Assembly: GCA_013152545.1 (NCBI GenBank) | Contig: JAADGF010000096.1 | Span: 19,110-83,109, forward strand | Reading direction: 5' to 3' | Source of the DNA: Gammaproteobacteria bacterium | GTDB lineage: Bacteria; Pseudomonadota; Gammaproteobacteria; SZUA-152 | Length of the DNA: 64,000 nt | Shown: piece by piece, positions 18,602-29,280 of the stretch | Numbering within the stretch: position 1 is the stretch's first letter | How the letters are laid out: each line of letters starts with the position of its first letter | Position numbers and translations under genes: made by a program | The notes under the pieces: generated by a model | What the model was told of the DNA's origin: nothing | The model's database searches: none | What the model saw: the letters and a program-made list of their open reading frames with translations, nothing else

Positions 18602-20026
18602 TTAGCAAGAGGCTGTTTTCCGGGGGGCCCGTAGCACATCATCAAATGGCATATAATCCGGGTTGTAAAATTGTGTGGCAACTTCATCAGCAAAAAAGCG
18701 CCCTAATTTTGTTAACCAGACTGTTTGTTCGTCTTCTTCTAACAGGTTTAATTGTTTTAGCCAGCTAATTTCATCAGCAAAATAATCATTAATGGTTTTG
18801 CCTGTCCGTTCTGTGAATTGTTGTTTGTTGACAGCCATGTTTTTGAGCGGAAGAATAAAACTTCGGCGTATTTCGTCATCTTCAGTACGTAATTTGCCGC
18901 GGTTAATGGCAACTTTGCCTTGGTCGATCAGTGAATAGTAGTTTTGTAAATCTGCGTCACCAACATTAATGGCAAATACCCCGCGTAAAGTTGACCAAGC
19001 GGATACGCCAACACCAGCAACGTCGGCCAGATCAGCAGCCCAATCTCGAAGATAGTGCGATATATCATCCGCTTTACGTGCAAAAACGCGTGTTTGATAT
19101 TCGTGATAACCATTACGTTCGGCGATTAATATACCGAGATACTTCATTAGTAATACGGTACCGGTATCCGGAAAACGTTCTGGATGTTTGCTAGCCTGGA
19201 CGATAATGTTGCCTTGGCGGTCACCGTGTTGTTTAATGCGTAAGCGGTAGAGTTGAAAGCCCTCAATATCCAGGGTCACGGTTTCCATCATGTGCTCTAC
19301 CCACATTTCCAGTGTTTGGTTGGGGTAACCGTAGATCATATCAATAAAAATGTTACGAATACCGGCTTTTCGCATTTGTTTAATGGACGTTAATGTGTCT
19401 TCATGTGTGTGTACTCGTCCCATATAACGCAATATATTGTCATCGAATGACTGTACGCCTAGGCTAATGCGGTCCACGCCATAGTCTTCCATGATGCGCA
19501 GGCGTTCGAATCCTTCTTTCCCCAGCAAGGTGCCTGGTTCAGCTTCTACGGAAAATTGGCTGCAGTTGCTGAGATCATAATGGGTGGTGTACATTTTCAT
19601 GAAGCGTTCCATTTGTCGGGCGGATGGATAGGTGGGGGTTCCACCACCAACCAGAACCGATTGTACAGGAATTGCATCCATGCCAAGATTTTGCTTGTAC
19701 AGGATCATTTCCCGTTCTAGGTAATCGAGGTAAACATCCACTTCTTCTGATTTGCTTTTGGTTTTAGTGATCCAATGGCAGTATGTACAACGCGAAGGAC
19801 AAAATGGGATGTGGGCATAACCAATTAGCGGCTTTGGGGGGCGTTGATTAAAGTTTTCAAATACTGGTTGCTGGTCCATATCGGAAAACATCGTTAGCGG
19901 CGGGTAGCCAATAACGGGAAAAAATTTGGCGCCGCGTTCAGGCAATATTCCCGAATCACGGATACTTTCTACCCCTATTTCGCTCATTTCCTGCCGGGCA
20001 AGCGTGATTAAATCTTGAGCTTTCAT
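18602..20026 (-). CDS. HemN-like radical SAM protein (HemN/HemW/class C family), function unassigned
   Basis: YAHIPFCPSRCTYC (CxxxCxxC), GGGTPT, RISLGVQSF, IDMIYGYP and a HemN_C-like tail. Confidence 0.85.
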   Translation of the reverse strand: MKAQDLITLARQEMSEIGVESIRDSGILPERGAKFFPVIGYPPLTMFSDMDQQPVFENFNQRPPKPLIGYAHIPFCPSRCTYCHWITKTKSKSEEVDVYLDYLEREMILYKQNLGMDAIPVQSVLVGGGTPTYPSARQMERFMKMYTTHYDLSNCSQFSVEAEPGTLLGKEGFERLRIMEDYGVDRISLGVQSFDDNILRYMGRVHTHEDTLTSIKQMRKAGIRNIFIDMIYGYPNQTLEMWVEHMMETVTLDIEGFQLYRLRIKQHGDRQGNIIVQASKHPERFPDTGTVLLMKYLGILIAERNGYHEYQTRVFARKADDISHYLRDWAADLADVAGVGVSAWSTLRGVFAINVGDADLQNYYSLIDQGKVAINRGKLRTEDDEIRRSFILPLKNMAVNKQQFTERTGKTINDYFADEISWLKQLNLLEEDEQTVWLTKLGRFFADEVATQFYNPDYMPFDDVLRAPRKTASC

Positions 20027-20792
20027 GTATTATCCCCCATCAGATCTACATTATAAATGGTATCGGTTTAGCATATTGCTAAAGAGCTTACATCTTAGTA
20101 GACAACTCAGGAGACAAAAAACCGAGTGTCATATGTGTAAGTGATTTCGTACTGGTTCTTGAAGGGTACCACTATTCTATATCCTATTACCATTTACCCG
20201 TTTGGTCTATGCTTAAACATAGAAAGCGTAGTTAATTCACTATGTAGTTAATTTGCTATACAGAACACAGTAATAAAGTAGGTGCATTAAATGAGCGCTT
20301 GACTTGTTTCGCTAGAAGGAGTTCGTTGGAGGGGGGTAGTGCATTTGCCCGAATGCAGATTCAGCGTTGCCCGAATTTGTTGTCACAAGTTTGTTGCCGC
20401 AAGGGTGGTTCGTCGGGAATGTTGTTCACTTTGCTAAGAATGACAACGCTGAGGCAGTGAATTTGGGAAGAGCCCTACAGGCAAAGTGCTAAAAATCTAT
20501 CGGTGTTTGTTGTACTTTCTCGACAGGGTCACTTGTACCTTCGAAAACGATGCCTTCGAAAACGCGCTAACGCTAACACAGCTGAGTTTTAGCGCATTTT
20601 GGTCACTATAATACTCCATTCGTATTTAGTATATTGACTTTGACTGTGGATAACTGCTTTAGCTGGATTTTTCGATTAAAGCCGGTAAATACAATCGCGA
20701 TTTTTTCCATCGGGTTATCCAAACCGATATCTTGCTTAATGTATTGATGTCCTGGTGGCTGTTGTGTTTTGCAACCAACTGAGTTTTCTAGG

Positions 20793-21407
20793 TTAAACGT
20801 TTGTTGTTACGCGCTTTGTTGCTATCAGGCTCGCCCCTAACACGGTAATCCCGATGACGGCGCAGATCCATTGGTAAATGGGGGAAAGTTCGAATTCATC
20901 GAATCCCATACCGTACAGTGCTACAAAGCCTACCCAGGTAGCTCCCGAACAATGTTCGATATCTGTCATGTAACTAACTGAAAAAGCACTCAATAAAGTA
21001 CCAATAATGCCGAAAATGATGAAAACCGGTTTCATCTGTGGTTTTAGCGTAAAGTATTTAATCAATATCCAGCCATAACTAAAGGATAGCGTTGCAAAAA
21101 TGAGCAATGTGATGGTGTCATATTCTAGCGTCCATAAGTTTAGTCCGCTGCGGGGGTCCTGGTGAGCAAATGCAAGTATGGATTTGGTGGAAAGAAATTG
21201 AAGCGCACCTAAAGGTTGTTCCGGCCAGATGAGTTTAAAAATGCCGATATACTGGAATATTGGTGTTAAAACATAATTAACAATATTACCATTAAGCAAC
21301 ATCACCAATAGAAGCCCAACCCCAAAGTGAATTATAAACACCAGGGCGCTAACCAAAAGCCAATAGTGAGTGGTCGATTTTTGCATTGATATTGAGTTTA
21401 CAGACAT
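20793..21407 (-). CDS. Hypothetical membrane protein (about 4 TM)
   Basis: 204-aa ORF with several hydrophobic helices and no recognised motif. Confidence 0.7.
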   Translation of the reverse strand: MSVNSISMQKSTTHYWLLVSALVFIIHFGVGLLLVMLLNGNIVNYVLTPIFQYIGIFKLIWPEQPLGALQFLSTKSILAFAHQDPRSGLNLWTLEYDTITLLIFATLSFSYGWILIKYFTLKPQMKPVFIIFGIIGTLLSAFSVSYMTDIEHCSGATWVGFVALYGMGFDEFELSPIYQWICAVIGITVLGASLIATKRVTTNV

Positions 21408-21577
21408 AATGCAGACACTACACCAAATACTCCAAGGTTGTTACATGCATGTATTTCGAATAAGCCTTTATTTCGAAACCAAGCACTTATCTTGCTTAAA
21501 TAAAAACAACAACAATTTGCTTAAATAAAAATAACAACAATGAATTTATCGATTTTATTAAGGGTTAATTGAATTAA

Positions 21578-22432
21578 ATGACAACATACGCGATTGGTGA
21601 TGTTCAGGGATGTCATACTGAATTGCAAGCATTGCTGGAAAAAATAAATTTCAACATTAAGCAAGACACCTTGTGGTTTGCCGGGGATATAGTTAATCGT
21701 GGTCCACAATCGCTTGATGTCTTGCGTTTTATTAAATCACTGGGGGACCGGGCGATTACGGTGCTGGGAAATCATGACCTTCATTTGTTGGCGGTTGCGT
21801 GTGGCAAGAGCAAGCTACATAAAAGGGACACGTTATTGCCTATTTTAAAAGCCAAAGACAAAGTGGAATTGCTGCATTGGCTGCGTCACCGGCCCTTACT
21901 GCATTATGACAAACAGCTCAACACTATTTTAGTGCATGCTGGGCTGGCACCTGAGTGGAATTTAAAACAGGCAAAATGCTGCGCCCGTGAATTGGAAAAC
22001 ATTTTGCGTAGTGATCGATATGTTGAGTATTTTTCACACATGTACGGCAATAAACCTAATCGATGGCACGCCGAGTTATCAGGTTGGGAGCGGCTACGGT
22101 TCATTACGAATTGTTTTACCCGTCTTCGGTATGTTACAAAAGAAGGTAAGCTGTGTTTGAATGCCAAAGGTCCATTGGGCTCGCATGCCAAGGGGTGTCT
22201 GCCGTGGTTTCAAGTGGATGGCCGTCAATGTAGCAATAAGACAATTATTTTTGGTCATTGGTCGACATTAGGGTTTTATAATGCTGTTAATGTCAGTGAT
22301 GCTTCAACTTTCGCTAACGTTGTCGGTATAGATTCTGGGTGTTTGTGGGGCGGTATGCTTACCGCTGTTGCATTGCCATTTTCAGTGAATGGAGAAATAA
22401 CAGCGCATCAAATCAATTGCATTCGAAAGTAA
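21578..22432 (+). CDS. apaH: Symmetrical bis(5'-nucleosyl)-tetraphosphatase
   Basis: YAIGDVQGC, GDIVNRGP, LGNHDLH, VHAG, FGHWS and IDSGCLWGG motifs. Confidence 0.96.
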   Translation: MTTYAIGDVQGCHTELQALLEKINFNIKQDTLWFAGDIVNRGPQSLDVLRFIKSLGDRAITVLGNHDLHLLAVACGKSKLHKRDTLLPILKAKDKVELLHWLRHRPLLHYDKQLNTILVHAGLAPEWNLKQAKCCARELENILRSDRYVEYFSHMYGNKPNRWHAELSGWERLRFITNCFTRLRYVTKEGKLCLNAKGPLGSHAKGCLPWFQVDGRQCSNKTIIFGHWSTLGFYNAVNVSDASTFANVVGIDSGCLWGGMLTAVALPFSVNGEITAHQINCIRK

Positions 22433-22676
22433 AAACCGCAGCAAAAGTTGCAACAACCCTCATCAAAAATTGACGATTAATAGATCGTTATGTACTTCCT
22501 TCTCTGAGCAAGGCGCAAGTAATATTAATTAAGATTTTCCAATAGCTGGGCGTCGCTTGATCTCGGCGGTTATTTTTGATAACAATCGATTACGCTTCCG
22601 TTTTTTAAAGTTTTTAGGTGATTTTTCATTAAAAACAATAGAGTAGATCTGGGTAGGGTTTTACACGATAAATAAA

Positions 22677-22710
22677 TTGTAACAAAACTGTCATATTTAT
22701 CGCTTATTAT
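22677..22710 (+). promoter_or_regulatory. Pho box plus -10 element of the pstCAB-phoU operon
   Basis: TTGTAAC-AAAA-CTGTCAT (22677-22694) matches the PhoB tandem repeat, with TATTAT exactly 10 bp downstream (22705-22710). Confidence 0.75.
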
Positions 22711-22716
22711 GCGCCC

Positions 22717-25002
22717 ATGTCGGACTCACAATTATCGAATAATAACGCCTCCCTTTTCGAGACCCTTGGTCCAGAACTCGCACGTCGGCGACGTTGGCGC
22801 GTCGTAAAAGACTATATCGCCAAGTACAGTGTGGGAATTGGAGGTGTTAGCGTCATACTCACCATTGTTTTAATCTTTTTCTATTTATTGTATGTGGTGT
22901 TGCCACTATTCTACAGTGCTAGCACCGAAAGTGTTGCTGACTATCCAGTGCCGGCAAATGACCCTGGGGCAAACACCCGGTTACTGGCGTTGGAAGAGCA
23001 AAACGAAATTGCGGTGCGATTTACGGCTGATGCGAGGGGGGTATTTTTTCAGGCGACCTCAGGTGAAATTATTAATGATATTGCTTTGCCGCTCCCCAAA
23101 GGCGTTAGCGTCACTAGCTTTGCCCGTGGTAATGGGCCAACCGATTTGGTGGCATATGGGTTGTCAGACGGACGCGCGTTGCTGGTTAAGCATAAATACA
23201 CGCTTTCTTATCCCAATGATCAACGGCTTATTACACCATCTATCGTATATCCTTTAGGTAAAGATGCGATCGAGGTTGATGATTATGGTCGGCCGATTAC
23301 TCAGTTGGCATTTCGTGATGACGAGGAAGGAACAAGCCTGGTGGCGTTGGTCGGCGGTAATGAGTTAATTCTCACCCACCTTGCCAAGGAAGAATCATTG
23401 CTTGAAGATGAAATCAGTTTTGAGCGTACCGTAACCACGATTGCCGACAATTTAAAGTCAGTCAAGTTTATGTTGTTGGATAAAGAGCAGCGTAACTTAT
23501 ATCTTGCTGATGCGGAAAATAATGTCAGTCATTATGATATAAGCGATAAGCAAGCGGTTGAGCTTTTATATAGAATACCCGTTGCAAAGTCCAATGTTCG
23601 TATTACCGCAATGACGTTTTTATCAGGTGAATTATCACTTTTGATTGGCACATCAGTCGGCCAGATTTCGCAGTGGTTTGTGGTTAAAGATCATTTTAAC
23701 AAGCAAAAACTATATCAAGTACGCAGTTTTGAGTTAGGTGACAGCGCTATCACTGCCATTGCGCAGGAACAACGACGTAAAGGGTTTGTTGCGGCTGATG
23801 AACGCGGTGATTTTGGGTTTTTCCATACAACGGCGGAACGTAAATTATTAATCGCCTCAGTCGGGAAGGCAGTGGCTGATATTGCATTGTCCCCGCGAGG
23901 CAATGCTATGTTAATTCAAGACCAAAGTGGTAATTTGCATTTTTGGAAAATACACAATGAACATCCAGAGGTCTCATGGTCATCGTTGTGGAGTAAGGTG
24001 TGGTATGAGAGTTATGAAGAACCTCAGTATGTCTGGCAGTCATCATCTGCCAGTAATGACTTTGAACCTAAGCTCAGTTTGACGCCGTTGGTTTTTGGCA
24101 CCTTAAAAGGTGCATTTTACGCGATGTTGTTTGCAGTACCATTGGCCATTTTGGGCGCTATTTATACCGCCTATTTTATGGCGCCAAAAATGCGCCGCAT
24201 GGTTAAACCCAGCATTGAAACCATGGAAGCATTGCCAACAGTGATTTTGGGTTTTCTGGCAGGGTTATGGTTTGCGCCGTATGTGGAAGATAATTTGCCG
24301 GGTATTTTTAGTTTGTTACTCATTATGCCGATCGGTGTGTTGTTGTTTGCGTATGGCTGGCAGTGCTTGCCGCGCCGCATACGACAGCTAGTTCCGGACG
24401 GTTGGTTTGCCGCTATTCTGGTGCCGGTCATTATTTTAATCGCCTGGTTTTCCCTTTCCATGAGTCACCCTCTGGAATTATGGTTGTTCGATGGTGACAC
24501 GCGACGTTGGTTAAGTGTTTCAATGGGGATTGATTTTGACCAACGCAATGCGCTGGTGGTTGGTTTTGCCATGGGGTTTGCGGTAATACCCACTATCTTT
24601 TCCATTGCTGAGGATGCCATTTTCAGTGTCCCCAAGCATCTTAGTTTTGGCTCTCTGGCATTGGGAGCAACGCCCTGGCAAACCTTGGTGCATGTTGTAT
24701 TATTAACGGCAAGTCCGGGTATTTTTTCTGCGGTTATGATTGGCCTGGGGCGCGCCGTGGGAGAGACGATGATCGTTTTGATGGCAACAGGAAATACGCC
24801 AGTGATGGACTTTAGTGTTTTTCAGGGAATGCGAACCTTGGCGGCGAATATTGCAGTGGAAGTGCCGGAATCCGAAGTAGATAGTACGCATTACCGCGTA
24901 TTATTCCTGGCGGCATTGGTTTTGTTCCTGTTTACCTTCCTGTTTAACACTTTGGCTGAAATTGTACGCCAGCGCTTGAGGGAGAAATACAGCTCATTAT
25001 GA
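22717..25002 (+). CDS. pstC: Phosphate ABC permease PstC with large periplasmic (beta-propeller-like) insertion
   Basis: C-terminal PTVILGF, LALGATPWQT and GRAVGETM motifs; long form of 761 aa. Confidence 0.92.
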   Translation: MSDSQLSNNNASLFETLGPELARRRRWRVVKDYIAKYSVGIGGVSVILTIVLIFFYLLYVVLPLFYSASTESVADYPVPANDPGANTRLLALEEQNEIAVRFTADARGVFFQATSGEIINDIALPLPKGVSVTSFARGNGPTDLVAYGLSDGRALLVKHKYTLSYPNDQRLITPSIVYPLGKDAIEVDDYGRPITQLAFRDDEEGTSLVALVGGNELILTHLAKEESLLEDEISFERTVTTIADNLKSVKFMLLDKEQRNLYLADAENNVSHYDISDKQAVELLYRIPVAKSNVRITAMTFLSGELSLLIGTSVGQISQWFVVKDHFNKQKLYQVRSFELGDSAITAIAQEQRRKGFVAADERGDFGFFHTTAERKLLIASVGKAVADIALSPRGNAMLIQDQSGNLHFWKIHNEHPEVSWSSLWSKVWYESYEEPQYVWQSSSASNDFEPKLSLTPLVFGTLKGAFYAMLFAVPLAILGAIYTAYFMAPKMRRMVKPSIETMEALPTVILGFLAGLWFAPYVEDNLPGIFSLLLIMPIGVLLFAYGWQCLPRRIRQLVPDGWFAAILVPVIILIAWFSLSMSHPLELWLFDGDTRRWLSVSMGIDFDQRNALVVGFAMGFAVIPTIFSIAEDAIFSVPKHLSFGSLALGATPWQTLVHVVLLTASPGIFSAVMIGLGRAVGETMIVLMATGNTPVMDFSVFQGMRTLAANIAVEVPESEVDSTHYRVLFLAALVLFLFTFLFNTLAEIVRQRLREKYSSL

Positions 25003-26654
25003 TGCGGGACTGGTTTAAATCGGGTCAACCTTGGATTTGGATGACCGCATCGACGGTTAGTGTAAGCCTGATATTGGTTTTTGGGCTGATTTTATTAATT
25101 GCGGTGCGTGGTATGTCGCATTTTTGGCCCAAGGAATTGGTGGAATTCAGCTACACAGAACGAAGCGGACAGGCCAGTACGTTGGTGGCTGAGGTTCATG
25201 ACACCGAATCGGTAGCCGCGGAGCGGTTGCGCGATGCAGGATTCAAACTGACAGGCGATCAGGCATTTTATACCCGCATGCTACTCAAAACGGGAAACCG
25301 GGATATTGGTGGTCAGGATTTCCGTTGGATTGTCGATCAACGGGTGCTACAACGATCCCGACCTGAAAACCTGGTGGCCATTGAGCGTCGTGAGTGGGGG
25401 AATTTTTATGGTTATCCCCAGTCGATAAAAGAAAAGGGGCAGGTGATTGTCGACGGTGAGGCCGTTGCGTTAGAACTAGCGAAACGTTTGAGTCGCGTGC
25501 TGGATATTTACAAACAAATTCACAAAGTAGAAAAGGGTACTATCGGCGCGATCAATTATGGCATGGAACGCTTACGTTTAAAGCAGCGTAGGCTAGAGTT
25601 GGACGGTGATGACACGGCGGCCAATTTACAAATGATTGAGCAACAGCGAGCGCACTATCAACGCGAGTATAATGCACTACAAACCAAGCTGACAGCGTTA
25701 TATGACGACACAAACCGAGATGTTTTAATCGCAACGATTGCCAATGGTCAGGTCGTGGAAATTCCTTTAGCGAAAATGGTGCGGGTGTATTACCCCAACA
25801 GAATGTCGTTGTCTGAAAAAACTGGGTTTTATATCGCTAAAGTGTGGGAGTTTGTCAGCGATGGACCCCGTGAGGCGAACACTGAAGGAGGTGTTTTTCC
25901 TGCAATTTTTGGTACCGTCATGATGGTGCTTATTATGTCCGTCATGGTTACGCCCTTTGGTGTGGTGGCGGCAGTATATTTGCGCGAATATGCTAAACAA
26001 GGTGTTTTAACGCGGATCATACGTATTGCTGTAAACAATCTTGCAGGGGTACCGTCAATCGTTTATGGTGTTTTTGGGCTTGGGTTTTTTGTGTATTTTC
26101 TTGGCGGTAATATTGATGCTTTGTTTTATGCCGAAGCGGCACCTGCGCCAACGTTTGGTACTCCAGGTATTCTGTGGTCTTCACTGACGTTAGCGATTTT
26201 GACAGTCCCCGTGGTGATTGTTGCTACAGAAGAAGGTCTGTCAAGGATTCCCAAATCTATACGAGAAGGCAGCCTCGCATTGGGTGCCACCAAAGCGGAA
26301 ACCTTGTGGCGTACAGTATTACCGATGGCGAGTCCGGCGATCATGACGGGCTTAATTTTGGCCATTGCCCGTGCCGCTGGCGAAGTGGCGCCGTTAATGT
26401 TGGTCGGAGTGGTAAAATTAGCACCTTCTCTACCATTGGATACGAATATGCCGTATTTGCATTTGGATAGGAAATTTATGCATTTGGGGTTTCACATCTA
26501 CGATGTCGGTTTTCAAAGCCCCAATGTAGAGGCTGCGCGGCCATTGGTATATGCAACAGCTTTGTTGTTAGTTGCTGTGATAGTGGTTCTGAATTTAAGT
26601 GCGATTGCGATACGGAACCATTTACGAGAAAAATATCGCGCACTAGAGCAATAA
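24999..26654 (+). CDS. pstA: Phosphate ABC permease PstA (long form)
   Basis: PREANTEGGVFPAIFGT, NNLAGVPSI and ARAAGEVAP motifs. Confidence 0.95.
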   Translation: MMRDWFKSGQPWIWMTASTVSVSLILVFGLILLIAVRGMSHFWPKELVEFSYTERSGQASTLVAEVHDTESVAAERLRDAGFKLTGDQAFYTRMLLKTGNRDIGGQDFRWIVDQRVLQRSRPENLVAIERREWGNFYGYPQSIKEKGQVIVDGEAVALELAKRLSRVLDIYKQIHKVEKGTIGAINYGMERLRLKQRRLELDGDDTAANLQMIEQQRAHYQREYNALQTKLTALYDDTNRDVLIATIANGQVVEIPLAKMVRVYYPNRMSLSEKTGFYIAKVWEFVSDGPREANTEGGVFPAIFGTVMMVLIMSVMVTPFGVVAAVYLREYAKQGVLTRIIRIAVNNLAGVPSIVYGVFGLGFFVYFLGGNIDALFYAEAAPAPTFGTPGILWSSLTLAILTVPVVIVATEEGLSRIPKSIREGSLALGATKAETLWRTVLPMASPAIMTGLILAIARAAGEVAPLMLVGVVKLAPSLPLDTNMPYLHLDRKFMHLGFHIYDVGFQSPNVEAARPLVYATALLLVAVIVVLNLSAIAIRNHLREKYRALEQ

Positions 26655-26670
26655 AAGGTAAGTTATACTT

Positions 26671-27507
26671 ATGGGTAATCAAGAGACTCCAACACACGGT
26701 ATTGATATCAGTTCATTGGGCAGAAGTGAGGCTGGTGTGGATTTGCAGACAAATAAAATTTGCATGGAAGCCAAAAATCTCAATTTGTTTTATGGCGAAA
26801 AACAAGCCTTGTATGATATCGGTTTGAAAATCCCTAAGCAAAAGGTCACCGCTTTTATTGGTCCCAGTGGTTGTGGTAAATCCACTTTGTTGCGTTGTAT
26901 GAATCGCATGAATGATTTGGTCGATAATGTGCGCATTGAAGGCCAACTGTTGCTGGATGAACATAATATTTATGATAAGTCGGTGGATGTGGCTGAGTTG
27001 CGTCGCCGGGTGGGTATGGTGTTTCAGAAACCTAACCCGTTTCCCAAATCCATCTATGAAAATGCTGCATATGGGTTACGCCTACAGGGAATCAATGATC
27101 GGCGGACCCTGGATGATGTGGTGGAGCGAGCCTTAAAGCGGGCAGCATTGTGGGATGAGGTGCGTGATCGTTTACATGATAATGCGCTGGGTCTTTCTGG
27201 TGGGCAGCAACAACGGTTGGTTATAGCCCGTGCGGTGGCGATTGAGCCTGAAGTGTTACTGTTGGATGAACCGGCATCGGCGCTTGACCCCATTTCGACC
27301 TTAAAAATTGAAGAGCTTATTTATGAATTAAAAAATAAATATACGATTGTTATTGTAACTCATAATATGCAACAGGCTGCACGCGTGTCCGATTGTACTG
27401 TGTTTATGTATATGGGTAAATTAATTGAATTTGGCGATACCAATCAGCTATTCACCAATCCGACGGAAAAGCAGACTGAGGATTATATAACCGGGCGTTA
27501 TGGTTGA
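26671..27507 (+). CDS. pstB: Phosphate ABC ATP-binding protein
   Basis: [28 protein letters not shown] and [10 protein letters not shown] motifs. Confidence 0.97.
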   Translation: MGNQETPTHGIDISSLGRSEAGVDLQTNKICMEAKNLNLFYGEKQALYDIGLKIPKQKVTAFIGPSGCGKSTLLRCMNRMNDLVDNVRIEGQLLLDEHNIYDKSVDVAELRRRVGMVFQKPNPFPKSIYENAAYGLRLQGINDRRTLDDVVERALKRAALWDEVRDRLHDNALGLSGGQQQRLVIARAVAIEPEVLLLDEPASALDPISTLKIEELIYELKNKYTIVIVTHNMQQAARVSDCTVFMYMGKLIEFGDTNQLFTNPTEKQTEDYITGRYG

Positions 27508-27662
27508 TCTCCATTGCGGGTGTTGACGTTGTTGACTATGCCCTGATGTTATTTGCATGAAAACCGTAGCCATCGAAATGTGGTGGTATAAAGTTTAACA
27601 TACAATTGTACTACTTAACGTAGCGAATTTATTAAGTTAAGTGGATCGCTGGAGCTATTTTT

Positions 27663-28379
27663 ATGGATAATAACTTTCTAGGGCATCATATCTCACAACA
27701 ATTTAATGTTGAGTTGGAGGATATTCGTACTCGGGTGCTGAGCATGGGTGGGTTAGTCGAGCAACAAATTCACGACGCGATTACCGCGCTGGTTGCTGCT
27801 GATACGGATTTGGCCAAAAACGTGGTTAAGAATGACGTCAAAGTCAATGCATTTGAAGTTAGCATTGACGAGGAGTGCGCGCGAATATTGGCGCGTCGTC
27901 AACCAGCAGCAAGTGATTTACGTTTGGTGGTTGCTGTTATTAAGACCATTACTGACCTGGAGCGCATTGGCGATGAGGCTGAAAAAGTGGCGCGTATGGC
28001 CGTTGAATTAGCTGATCTTGAAAGACCTCGAACTCAATATCACGAAACGCAATCATTGGGTGAGCATGTGCAAAGTATGTTGCACGGCGCATTGGACGCG
28101 TTTGCGCGCATGGATGTGGAGGCCGCGCTCAAGGTGGCTAAAGAGGATGAGAGTGTCGATCATGAATATGAAGGAATACTGCGCCAACAAATTACGCACA
28201 TGATGGAAGACCCACGTTCTATTAAGCGGGCGATGGATGTGATTTGGGCCTTACGTGCCCTGGAGAGGATCGGCGATCATTCAAAAAATATTTGTGAATA
28301 TATCATTTATCTAGTTAAAGGTAAGGATGTGAGACATCTCGGGTTACAGGAAATGGAAAAGGAAGTTGTCGAAGAATAA
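27663..28379 (+). CDS. phoU: Phosphate transport system regulator PhoU
   Basis: RQPAASDLR, DLERIGD and ALERIGDH motifs. Confidence 0.96.
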   Translation: MDNNFLGHHISQQFNVELEDIRTRVLSMGGLVEQQIHDAITALVAADTDLAKNVVKNDVKVNAFEVSIDEECARILARRQPAASDLRLVVAVIKTITDLERIGDEAEKVARMAVELADLERPRTQYHETQSLGEHVQSMLHGALDAFARMDVEAALKVAKEDESVDHEYEGILRQQITHMMEDPRSIKRAMDVIWALRALERIGDHSKNICEYIIYLVKGKDVRHLGLQEMEKEVVEE

Positions 28380-29280
28380 GCCGAGACATAAACTATACCA
28401 AATAGAATTATTGGATTAAGGGTTGTACTGTATCAAGCAAATTGTTTGACACGAAGAGTTTCAGCGCATGATATGCCCCCTCTCTACTTGGCTGAGAAAG
28501 TGGTTGAGAAAGCCTCATTGCTCGGTCCGTTATTTTTCAGTTTTCTTCAATCTTACTTAATACATTTCTTCACAGCGTCTTCATAGCGAAAAAAAGCGTC
28601 CAGCAGGGCTACAAGCTATTTGTAGCAAGCACAATACTCAAACGTCAACACGCCTACCATCATGCAAAAATGTTAGAGCACCAAACAAGCAGCCTTGTAA
28701 TGTGATCATTTTTTTTGTCGTCCCCATTCGATCCAGCAACTCGATTATTATTTGCAACCGATACTTATACTTAAGTATTAAACTGATCAAAGACGTACTT
28801 CGTCAAGCTTGCGTTACAGTGCGATAATAATGGTGTTGTATTATTGTTAAACAAAAAAATTCACATTCCGCCCAATAATGAAGCCCTAATTGTCGTGAAA
28901 AAAAATGAATTGTAAAATTAAAGTAAATTTTTTTACTTCATTTTTGCCACACTCTTCAAAAATTGCACATAAAAAATTCATTTAATCTTACCTTAATCAA
29001 AAGAACAGATTTTGCAATGCGCTCAATCACGATGCTGTGCTATGTGTTGATTGTTTTTTGGTTAAAGCTGAACGACAGATGAACACAAGCTGAATCAATG
29101 CTATCAAATTAATATGATGAAACAAACAACGTAAACGCTGTATTGCAAATGTGTAACAAGGCACTGTTGATTATTGCAGAAACTGGGTTTAGACTACGCC
29201 CGTTAGACGCTGTCTAAACAGCGCATGGAACTTGTTAACACAACGATCAACACAACAACTAAAGGTAGGAGATTAATTTA

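Noticed and set aside
20645-20723. DnaA boxes (TGTGGATAA perfect; TTATCCAAA one mismatch)
   Set aside because: About 0.5 perfect 9-mers are expected by chance in 64 kb on two strands, and there is no box cluster or dnaA/gidA context for an origin.
18602-20792. Radical SAM gene as a RiPP maturase
   Set aside because: No SPASM/Twitch cysteines or RRE domain, and no credible precursor ORF in the upstream gap.
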